Below, in pieces: positions 17,087 through 24,751 of a stretch of 64,000 nt of DNA. This DNA is from an uncultured Opitutaceae bacterium (GTDB lineage: Bacteria; Verrucomicrobiota; Verrucomicrobiia; Opitutales; Opitutaceae): positions 3,828 to 67,827 of the forward strand of contig CAZNNO010000009.1 of the NCBI GenBank assembly GCA_964574435.1, in the 5' to 3' direction. The notes beneath the pieces are model-generated. The model saw only the letters and a program-made list of their open reading frames with translations. It was not told the origin of the DNA and made no database searches. The translations under genes and the position numbers were made by a program. Position 1 is the stretch's first letter, and every line of letters begins with the position of its first letter.

Positions 17087-18381
17087 CAGGCGTCGATTAC
17101 CAGCGCGGTGGCGGGCCGGCAGATGCACGCGAGGCAGGAACCCTGCTCCACGTCGGCCCCGTGAGCGCCTATGTATTCCACCGAACCGGACTTGATCGCG
17201 ACAAGGCAGGAGCCGCAGTTGCCGGCGCGACACCCGGCGTCGATCCGGATCTGTGCCTCCTCGGCCAGCTCGAGGAGGGAACGCCCGCCGCCCTGCCAGG
17301 TGACCTTGCGGCCAGATTTCGCGAACGTGACCTCCAGGCCGCCAAACGGGGCGAACGTGACGGCGACCTTCGCCTCGGGCTTTGCCGCGCGCTTTACCGA
17401 GGCGGGGCCGAAGGCCTCGAAATGCACCCACTCGTCAGGCACTCCCCATTTCCTGAGGTCCTCGGTTATGCTCTCCATGAATGCGCCGGGGCCGCAGAGG
17501 AAATACTCGAAGTTGTTGGAGGGAAGCACCTGCTTGAAGAGGTCCACCGTGACCCGCCCCTGATGCTGGTAATCGCGGCCCTTTACGTCCGACTCTAGCG
17601 GCTTGGAATAGCAGATGTGAACCCGCACGTTCCTGTGATCGCTGCCAAGAGCGCTCATGTAGCCCTTGAACATGTGATCCTTGTTGTTCCGGGCCCCGTG
17701 GAAGAACCAGATCTCGCGGGACGACTTGGTCTCCAGCAGCGCGTTGGCCATGGCCACCATGGGCGTCACGCCCACTCCGCCCGAGATGAGGACGACCGGC
17801 CGCTCCTGCTCCGGGTCGAGGTGGAAGTGCCCGTTCGGCGCCTTCACGTCGAGGATGTCGCCAACCTTGACCTGGTCGCAGAAGAAGGACGAACCCACGC
17901 CTGGCGGGTGGATTCCCCCCTCTGCCGGAGGGCAGCGCTTTATGGTAACGCGGTAGTGCGTCGCCCGGGCGCAGTCCGAGAGCGAGTAGCATCGCACCAG
18001 CGGTTTTCCGAGTCCCGGGATGTTCAGCAGGAACGTGAGGTACTGGCCGGGCTTGAACGGGGGCAGGGGTTTGCCGTCGTGGGGCTTGAGGTAGAACGAG
18101 TAGGTGTCTGCGCATTCCATCACCTTCTGGGTCACCGAGAACTTGCGGATTCCGTTCCAGGCCGACTTGGCCTCCTCAACGTTCTTTATCTGCTGGCGGG
18201 CCTTCTCGATCTCGAGCTCCAGCCGCCGGCACTGCAACGCCGCCCGCCTTCTCTCCGCAAGCAGCCCGAGGATTCCGGTCGCTGCCAGGACACACACCTC
18301 CGTCGCGAGACCGAGGACGATCAGGACACCTGCGGTCGCCTCGGGGTGATCGGCGACAAATTTTAAGATCCTCACCAGCAT
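17086..18381 (-). CDS. Membrane-anchored FNR-family flavoprotein oxidoreductase with C-terminal plant-type [2Fe-2S] ferredoxin domain
   Basis: ATG at 18381. N-terminal TM helix (GVLIVLGLATEVCVLAATGILGLL) and a coiled stretch. FAD-binding RCYSLSD (RxYS), NAD(P)-binding VVLISGGVGVTPMVAM, then CRAGNCGSC...CLAC 2Fe-2S ligands. Confidence 0.85.
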   Translation of the reverse strand: MLVRILKFVADHPEATAGVLIVLGLATEVCVLAATGILGLLAERRRAALQCRRLELEIEKARQQIKNVEEAKSAWNGIRKFSVTQKVMECADTYSFYLKPHDGKPLPPFKPGQYLTFLLNIPGLGKPLVRCYSLSDCARATHYRVTIKRCPPAEGGIHPPGVGSSFFCDQVKVGDILDVKAPNGHFHLDPEQERPVVLISGGVGVTPMVAMANALLETKSSREIWFFHGARNNKDHMFKGYMSALGSDHRNVRVHICYSKPLESDVKGRDYQHQGRVTVDLFKQVLPSNNFEYFLCGPGAFMESITEDLRKWGVPDEWVHFEAFGPASVKRAAKPEAKVAVTFAPFGGLEVTFAKSGRKVTWQGGGRSLLELAEEAQIRIDAGCRAGNCGSCLVAIKSGSVEYIGAHGADVEQGSCLACICRPATALVIDA

Positions 18382-18497
18382 TCAATAAATGTGGATTATG
18401 CGCGCAAGGGCCAGAACGGCGACATTTGACGCTGGAATTGAAGCCCCAGACAACCCATTGGTAGTGGAGACTCTCCTACCGGGCCAAACCAAATATC
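18382..18497. promoter_or_regulatory. Divergent promoter region between the redox operon and the multihaem cytochrome gene
   Basis: 116-bp intergenic spacer flanked by two divergently oriented ATG starts (18381 minus, 18498 plus). It is relatively AT-rich compared with the flanks. No specific operator was identified. Confidence 0.35.
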
Positions 18498-19640
18498 ATG
18501 CGACCGGCAACAAAAGTGGGCATCGTGGCGATCCTGGGCCTGGCCGCCCTGGCTCCCCTTGCGCCGGCGGCCGCCCTTGAGGGGCTCGGGGCAGGCACGT
18601 GCTCCACAAGCGGCTGCCATGGGGGCGCGGGCGAAATGAGCAACCAGTATGTCGTTTGGGTGCAACGAGACGTGCATTCCCGGTCCTATGCCACGCTCAA
18701 CACGGCGCGCTCCGCCCGAATGGCCGAGGCGCTGTCCGTGGCCAATCCGGCAACAAGTCCGCGCTGCATCGTGTGCCATGCGCCGCTGGCGAGCATCCCG
18801 TCCATGGGCCCAGGCGCGGGATTCGACCCGGCCGAGGGCGTTTCGTGCGTGAGCTGCCACGACCTGCCGGCCGGCTGGCTTCGCAGTCACACCCGCAAGG
18901 ACTGGACGCACGCCGACCGCGTCGCGGCCGGCATGCGCGACTTGAACGACCTTTATTGCCGGGCGAACACCTGCGTCGCCTGCCACCAGAATGTCGATCC
19001 CGAGCTTGTGAGCGTCGGACGCCACCCCGCTCTCATCTTCGAGCTCGACGGTCAGACCCAGGACGAGCCGAAGCATTGGCGCGAGCGCTCGGCCGACATT
19101 GGAGCCCAGGCCTGGTTTGTCGGGCAGGCGGTTGCCCTGAGGGAGGTCAGCTGGGCCCTCCTCAACGGCCGGGCGGACACCGCGCGCTCAATTCCCGTAT
19201 GGCGGGGACTGGTCTGGCTGCTGGCCCGCAGCGGAGTGGACGCCGGGTTGGCGCCGTTGGCCCTGTCGGCGCCCTCGCAGTCGGCGCTGGCGTCCGCAGT
19301 CGAGACTGCCGACCTGCTGGCGAAGAGGGCGGCGCAGACCTGGGAGCCGCAGTCCGCTGGCACCGTGCTAAGGCGCCTCGCAGCGACCCAGGATGACTTC
19401 CTCGCCACGGACATTCCGCAGCTTGAGCAGGCATGCCGCGCCGAGCGGCTCGTCCTGGCCCTCGACCGGCTCCTGGCCGCAGTGCCGGCCGAAGGCCGCC
19501 CGCCCGAAGCCTCCAAGCGGCTGGACCGGCTCTTCAGGCTCGCGCAGTCGCAGCCGGATTTCGTGCCGGCCGACTTTGCGCACGAGCTCGCGGCCTTTTC
19601 AGGGGCGCTCGGCGGGCTCAGTGGCTCGACGACGCGCTGA
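18498..19640 (+). CDS. Secreted multihaem c-type cytochrome (3 CXXCH plus one CX4CH)
   Basis: ATG at 18498. Signal peptide (VGIVAILGLAALAPLAPAAA). Motifs CSTSGCH (CX4CH), CIVCH, CVSCH and CVACH in the first ~170 aa, followed by a ~200-aa Ala/Leu-rich non-haem C-terminal region. Confidence 0.8.
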   Translation: MRPATKVGIVAILGLAALAPLAPAAALEGLGAGTCSTSGCHGGAGEMSNQYVVWVQRDVHSRSYATLNTARSARMAEALSVANPATSPRCIVCHAPLASIPSMGPGAGFDPAEGVSCVSCHDLPAGWLRSHTRKDWTHADRVAAGMRDLNDLYCRANTCVACHQNVDPELVSVGRHPALIFELDGQTQDEPKHWRERSADIGAQAWFVGQAVALREVSWALLNGRADTARSIPVWRGLVWLLARSGVDAGLAPLALSAPSQSALASAVETADLLAKRAAQTWEPQSAGTVLRRLAATQDDFLATDIPQLEQACRAERLVLALDRLLAAVPAEGRPPEASKRLDRLFRLAQSQPDFVPADFAHELAAFSGALGGLSGSTTR

Positions 19641-21129
19641 CCGGCGGGGTCGGCGGGTTGAGCTCGGGCTCGCGCGGGAACACGGCGTAGGGCAGCCTGG
19701 CGCCGAGATAGGTGAAATTGTCGGCCCGTATGGCGGGATCCGGTTGGAATCCCGGCGTGCCAGAGGCCGAGATCAGGTCGTCCTGGTCGACGCCGTCCCC
19801 CGATACGCCGATTGCCCCGATGAGCACGCCGTTGCGGTAGAGGGGGAATCCGCCGGGGAAAATGGTGATCCCGTCGGGAAGGTTGCCGTTGATGGTGCCT
19901 GTGCCGCTTATGATTGGGGCCGAGAAGGTCGCCTGCAGGCCGTTGAAGGGGCCCGGCGGCTCGCCGTCAATCCCGGGGGGGTACATCGACTGCGCCAGGA
20001 ACCCCACGGTTCTCGCGGAGAACGCCCGGCTTGCGTCCGAGAAGAAGAGCGCCGTGCGCGCCTTCTGGACTGAGACATCCCACGAGAAGAGCGTGGCGTC
20101 GGGCGTCCGGAAGGTGCCGAGGACAACGGGCGCCTCGCCGGGACTGTTCGGGTTGTTGACGACCGAGATGAACACCTCCGCATTCTGGCCCACCGGCAGT
20201 CGGATGCCGGCTCGCGTCACAAGGGAGCGGGCGGCCGCGCTGGAGATGATGCCCCTGACCTCGGCCGCCGAGAGGCGCGCCTGTCCGGAAATGGCGCCGG
20301 GTGCCGGGTCGGCTATGATCGGCGACCTAACCTGGCCGAGCACCCCTCCCATCACCGCCGTCGGCCATGCGAGCGGGGAGAGTTCGACCAGGCCGGTCGT
20401 GTCCGGAGCGACAGCGGCCGAAATCGGCCCAGGGGAGCTCGCCACATAGGGGAAGCCGATGCCGCCGACGTAGATGCCTGTGGCAAGGATGTCCTGGGGG
20501 GGGGCGTAGCCTACCTGCCCCGTCAGGGCGACCACCTCGTTGGTGTCGGGACCGTAGATGCTTCCGTCCTCGACCTCGGGTCCGGCGCCGGTGACTCCGA
20601 TGCCGGCAAGGAGGACGCCGTTCTTGTAGAGCGGGACCCCCCCGGGCGAGCCGTAGAGCCGGGTGCCCGGAATGCGGCTTCCGTCGAGGCGGCGGAAGCT
20701 GTTGATGTCCGAGAACGCCAGGGAAGAGAACCCGACGCCCACAAGGGGCCCCGGGGGCGTGTTCGCAACGCCTGGTGGGTAGTGCTGCTGGATTATGAAG
20801 CCGGCCGTCCGCGACGTCAGGGCCTCGCCGTCGCTGCTCAGGAATGCGGCCGTGCCTGCCTTTGAAACGGCTATGGCCTCCTCGGTCTCGGAGAAATTCT
20901 GGGTGCCGTCGGCCGCGCGCACCAGCAGCTCGCGTCCGTCGCGGTCCACGATCGCGATGACCGAGGCAGGTGAGATCTGCCGGGCGATGCCGGCCGCCTG
21001 AGAAAAAATCGTCGCCTGGTCATCGACGGTCAGGCCCTGGCCGGAGGCAGCCGACGCGACTGCGAGGGCGCCCGCGCACAGGAGCGTCTGGCGCAGCGTC
21101 TGAAATCCGCTTCCAAGGGCCTCGATCAC
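19618..21129 (-). CDS. Secreted protein with two tandem GlcG/HbpS-like (DUF336) domains
   Basis: GTG start at 21129 and a signal-like N-terminus. Two copies of the pattern ..IAIVDRDG..L....DG.......A..KA.TA..F... and GG.PLY.NGVL.G.IGV.G (GGVPLYKNGVLLAGIGVTG and GGFPLYRNGVLIGAIGVSG). Confidence 0.7.
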   Translation of the reverse strand: MIEALGSGFQTLRQTLLCAGALAVASAASGQGLTVDDQATIFSQAAGIARQISPASVIAIVDRDGRELLVRAADGTQNFSETEEAIAVSKAGTAAFLSSDGEALTSRTAGFIIQQHYPPGVANTPPGPLVGVGFSSLAFSDINSFRRLDGSRIPGTRLYGSPGGVPLYKNGVLLAGIGVTGAGPEVEDGSIYGPDTNEVVALTGQVGYAPPQDILATGIYVGGIGFPYVASSPGPISAAVAPDTTGLVELSPLAWPTAVMGGVLGQVRSPIIADPAPGAISGQARLSAAEVRGIISSAAARSLVTRAGIRLPVGQNAEVFISVVNNPNSPGEAPVVLGTFRTPDATLFSWDVSVQKARTALFFSDASRAFSARTVGFLAQSMYPPGIDGEPPGPFNGLQATFSAPIISGTGTINGNLPDGITIFPGGFPLYRNGVLIGAIGVSGDGVDQDDLISASGTPGFQPDPAIRADNFTYLGARLPYAVFPREPELNPPTPPVSASSSH

Positions 21130-21792
21130 GCCCGGGAATCAAGGAATCGCGCCGGAAAAAGGCCAGACCATTCCTCGCGCAAGCGAGGTGCGCATGTCCG
21201 ATGACTTGAACCCGGGAGCTGGTGTTCGCGGGGACGAAGGGCAACCGGCGCCGAATTTGGCAAGAGATGGTCGTGTCTTGTCCTGAGGTGCCGCCTTACT
21301 TGCCTTGGCGGCGGCCGGCTCCGAGACGAGGGCGTTCCCTGGCCGCGGTGTCCGCACGCCTCCGAGTTTTATGCCGGATGCGGCTACCTCTCCAAGTCCG
21401 GCCCGTGGCCTTCTTCGGCGACCGGCCTCCAAACGTGCCTGTGCCGATTGACGTGACCGCGCCCGACGGAACCCGTGCCACGCATCCCTTCCAAGCCAGT
21501 GTCCCGCGGATCGTGATTCGGAAGTGTCCCTGATCCATGCTTGGATTGGGTGGGCTGCGCGGGGGTGTTGTGTCGCCCGAGCAGTCGCGCCGGACCCGTC
21601 TGGCGTTCGTCGGATTCCGGCGGCAGAGCAAGATATGCGCAGCCTTCGTCAAGCTGCGCGCAGCGGGTTGGCTCATAATCGGATAGGCTCCCACCGATGC
21701 TTCGCAGCCCGACCCTGCCCGTTTCCAAGGACCTAGGCCGACCCGCAGTTGGTTCCGGGTGCCCGTGGCCGCAATGGATATGACGTATCTAG

Positions 21793-21810
21793 TTAATATA
21801 ACAATATTAA
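21793..21810. promoter_or_regulatory. Perfect AT-only palindrome TTAATAT-AACA-ATATTAA upstream of hemA (candidate operator)
   Basis: Read directly: 7-bp arms at 21793-21799 and 21804-21810, about 75 bp upstream of the hemA ATG, inside the only AT-rich patch of a 754-bp intergenic region. Confidence 0.3.
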
Positions 21811-21883
21811 GCGAATTCTTGCACAGCTCATCCCGGGCCGCTGCTCCATGGATCCTCGATACGAGTGAACTAGGCTATACCGC

Positions 21884-22993
21884 ATGAACACTCCACTCCT
21901 CTTCGTCGTTGGAGCCACCCATCGCACCGCCTCTTTCGTGTTTCGGGAAAAGCTTGCCTTAGGAGGTGAGCAGGAGGCCCAATTCTCAAAGGAACTTGCT
22001 TCTATGCAGCATCTTATGGAATTTGCTGTGCTCAATACGTGCAACAGGGTCGAAATCTATGGGGTTGCGGGCCGGGATGACCTGCCAAGCCGGGTCAGCG
22101 CGGCCCTTTGCGCCCGTCATGGCGTGGAGAGCGCAGCTTTTGCCGAGTTCGGCTTCGTCTCCATGGGCCTTGAGGCTGTCCGGCACCTTCTGGAAACGGC
22201 CTCGGGACTTGATTCTCAGATGCTGGGCGAGACGGAGATCCTCGGCCAGGTGAAGAAGGCGTATATGAACGCCCAGGCGCGCGGATCCGCGGGTCCCGTT
22301 TTGAATCGGCTGTTTCAAAAAGCCTTTCAGGCGGCCAAGCACGTTCGCACCCAGACGGCGATATCGGTAGGGCAGGTCAGTGTCGCCAATCTCGCGGTGG
22401 ACCTTGCCGCAGGCATCTTCGGGCGCCTCGAGAACACCCGTGTGCTCATCCTCGGGGCCGGGGCGATGGGCGAGAAAAGCGGCAAAGCCTTTGCAAGCCG
22501 CGGAGCCAGAACCTTTGCCGTTTCCAGCCGCAGGCTCGAGAGCGCCGGCGAGCTCGCCGAAAAACTCGGCGCCTCGGTGCTCCCGTTCGAGGAGCGCGAA
22601 CAGGCGCTGGCCGATTGGGACGTCGTCGTCTGCTCCGCGGCCGCGTCCGGGGCAGTCATTTCCGCTGGAGCCGTGCGGGGAGCCGTCGAGCGCCGGGGCG
22701 CCCGGCCGATCCTCTTCGTCGACCTCGCGATGCCCAGGGACGTGGACGCAGCCGCCGTCGAGGCGGGCAATGTCTTCCTGTACAATCTGGACGACCTGGC
22801 GCAGATTGCTGCCAAGAACCGCCTTGCCCGCGCGGCGGAGGCTGAGCGGGCCCTGCAGATCCTCGCCCCGCGCGCCGAATCGCTCTGGCTGCAGGTGCGG
22901 GCCCAGTTCAGCGGCAGGGGCTCCGCGGGCGGCCGCCCCTTGGAGCCCGCCGCCCCGCAGGCGGCGCCCGCGCTGGCATGGGCCGCCCAGTGA
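21884..22993 (+). CDS. hemA: Glutamyl-tRNA reductase
   Basis: ATG at 21884. VVGATHRTASFVFREKLAL, the LNTCNRVEIYGV active-site Cys motif, GETEILGQVKKAY and a Rossmann VLILGAGAMGE. At 369 aa it is short for the family. Confidence 0.9.
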   Translation: MNTPLLFVVGATHRTASFVFREKLALGGEQEAQFSKELASMQHLMEFAVLNTCNRVEIYGVAGRDDLPSRVSAALCARHGVESAAFAEFGFVSMGLEAVRHLLETASGLDSQMLGETEILGQVKKAYMNAQARGSAGPVLNRLFQKAFQAAKHVRTQTAISVGQVSVANLAVDLAAGIFGRLENTRVLILGAGAMGEKSGKAFASRGARTFAVSSRRLESAGELAEKLGASVLPFEEREQALADWDVVVCSAAASGAVISAGAVRGAVERRGARPILFVDLAMPRDVDAAAVEAGNVFLYNLDDLAQIAAKNRLARAAEAERALQILAPRAESLWLQVRAQFSGRGSAGGRPLEPAAPQAAPALAWAAQ

Positions 22994-23016
22994 CGCGAGG
23001 CGACCTGACCCGCCCC

Positions 23017-24420
23017 ATGGTCCTTCCAAATGAATCCGCCTCCGGCTCAGGGGTCGACCTCGACCTCGAGCTGATCCGCAAGTATTCGGTCGCGGGTCCG
23101 CGCTACACCTCGTATCCGCCCGCGACGCGCTTTGCGCCGGACGTCAGCTCCGAGCGCTACGACGCGGCGATCGCCGCGGACAACGCGCCCGGTGCCGGTC
23201 CGCTCTCCCTCTATTTCCACCTGCCTTTCTGCGAGTCGCTCTGCTGGTATTGCGGCTGCAACACCGTGGTGACGCGCAGGCGCGGCGCGGTGCGCGAGTA
23301 CCTGGACGACCTCGGCAAAGAGGTGTCAATGACCGTCGCCCGCATCGACAGAAGCAGGCCGGTAACCCAGATACACCTCGGGGGCGGAACGCCGACCTTC
23401 CTCCTCCCCGAGGAGCTGGCCGAGCTCGGCCTCCTGATCCACGGCAACTTCAACGTCTCCGACGCCTGCGAGTTCGGCGTCGAGATCGATCCGAGGCGTC
23501 TGTCCCAGGAGCACGTCGAGGCCCTGAGCGTCATCGGCGCGAACCGGGCCTCGCTCGGAATCCAGGACACGGATCCGCGTGTGCAGCTCGCGATCCACCG
23601 GTGGCAGCCGACACGGCTCAATGTCCAGGCAATGGAATGGCTGCGCCTCGCGGGTTTCGCCTCGGTCAACGTGGACCTGATCTACGGGCTGCCCCTCCAG
23701 ACGAGGGCCTCGTTCGGCAAGACGATAGACGATGTGCTCAGGCTGGGCCCGGACCGCCTCTCGGTGTTCAGCTATGCGCATGTGCCGTGGCTGCGGCCGG
23801 CCCAGCGCATATTTGACGATCGGGGGGAGCTGCCCCCTCCGGAGGAGAAGCTCTCCATGTTCGCCCTTGCGCATGAGAAGCTAAGCTCGGCCGGCTACGT
23901 TGACATCGGGCTCGACCATTTTGCGCGGCCGGACGACGAGCTCGCCCTAGCCCGGGACACGGGAAAGCTCCAGCGCAACTTCCAGGGATACAGCACCGCC
24001 GCCGGGGCTTCGCTCTACGGCTTTGGGGTGTCCTCGATCTCCTCGACCGCTGACAGCTACCGCCAGAACCACAAGGACCTCGGGGAATGGAGCGCGGCGC
24101 TGGCCGCGGGGCACCTTCCGATCGAGCGCGGACTGATCCTGAGCGACGAGGACCGGCGCCGGCGCGCCCTGGTCATGGGGCTGATGTGCGAGAGGCGCAT
24201 CGATTATGCCGAGCTCTCAAGAAAGCTGGGTGTCGACGTCGCAGCTCGTTACGCCCGGGAAATAGCTGGTCTTGAGGACCTTGAGGCCGACGGACTCCTG
24301 CTCCGGACGGATGAGGGGATTCGGGTGCTGCCCCGCGGAGCCCCGCTCCTGCGCGTGATCGCGATGCGCTTTGATGCGACCCTGGCTCCGGGCTCCGGGC
24401 ACCACTCGAAGACAATCTGA
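23017..24420 (+). CDS. hemN: Oxygen-independent coproporphyrinogen III oxidase (radical SAM)
   Basis: GPRYTSYPPATRF and the radical-SAM motif LYFHLPFCESLCWYCGCN. The ATG at 23017 spaces the LIRKY motif as in characterised HemN. The listed ORF start 22978 would overlap hemA by 16 nt. Confidence 0.9.
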   Translation: MVLPNESASGSGVDLDLELIRKYSVAGPRYTSYPPATRFAPDVSSERYDAAIAADNAPGAGPLSLYFHLPFCESLCWYCGCNTVVTRRRGAVREYLDDLGKEVSMTVARIDRSRPVTQIHLGGGTPTFLLPEELAELGLLIHGNFNVSDACEFGVEIDPRRLSQEHVEALSVIGANRASLGIQDTDPRVQLAIHRWQPTRLNVQAMEWLRLAGFASVNVDLIYGLPLQTRASFGKTIDDVLRLGPDRLSVFSYAHVPWLRPAQRIFDDRGELPPPEEKLSMFALAHEKLSSAGYVDIGLDHFARPDDELALARDTGKLQRNFQGYSTAAGASLYGFGVSSISSTADSYRQNHKDLGEWSAALAAGHLPIERGLILSDEDRRRRALVMGLMCERRIDYAELSRKLGVDVAARYAREIAGLEDLEADGLLLRTDEGIRVLPRGAPLLRVIAMRFDATLAPGSGHHSKTI

Positions 24421-24538
24421 ACCCCATGCGCGGCAATTTCCCAATCCGGTGCCGCCTCACGGAGGCCAGGGCAAGAAATGCGCAGACACCGGCAATCCGC
24501 GCGGAGCGAGCGCCGCAAGCCGTGCGGTAGGATCATTT

Positions 24539-24733
24539 ATGGCCGTTATTCCACTCACACTAACCATCAGCCTCGTGCTGGTCCTGACCTTCGTCGCGTT
24601 CTTTGTCCGTGAGCAAAAGCGGGGCAGCCGCGGCGGCGCTGAGCGCGATTCCCTGCTCCCCCTCGCCGACGAGGTGAGGACTCCGGTTCCGGCGCGCGTG
24701 GCGTCCGACCCAGCCGCTCCGCGGCGCAGCTGA
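24539..24733 (+). CDS. ccoS: Small single-TM protein, CcoS/FixS-like cbb3 oxidase maturation protein
   Basis: The internal ATG at 24539 gives MAVIPLTLTISLVLVLTFVAFFV followed by a charged tail (64 aa). Size, topology and position directly upstream of ccoN fit CcoS. The canonical GQ(F/Y)DD motif is not clearly present. Confidence 0.55.
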   Translation: MAVIPLTLTISLVLVLTFVAFFVREQKRGSRGGAERDSLLPLADEVRTPVPARVASDPAAPRRS

Positions 24734-24751
24734 AGCCCCACACTTCCGGAT

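Noticed and set aside
17087-17431. N-terminal 115-aa extension of the cNMP/ferredoxin ORF (listed start 17431)
   Set aside because: The extension overlaps the 3' end of the FNR-like gene and is Arg/Gly-rich. The internal ATG at 17086 abuts the upstream stop and begins the recognisable domain. The same logic was used to trim 10517..13072, 14538..15434, 5982..6599, 34492..37077, 38352..40364, 51475..52989, 53389..54360, 56651..59674 and 62402..63505.
21222-21728. Three mutually overlapping ORFs (103, 132 and 114 aa) in the long spacer upstream of hemA
   Set aside because: None has recognisable motifs, a signal peptide or TM features, or a plausible composition. They are not called as genes, and the region is reported only as an unexplained spacer.
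24421-24538. Possible FNR/CRP-type box upstream of ccoS-ccoNO
   Set aside because: I looked for TTGAT-N4-ATCAA-like dyads and found none in the 118-bp spacer. No regulatory site is claimed.
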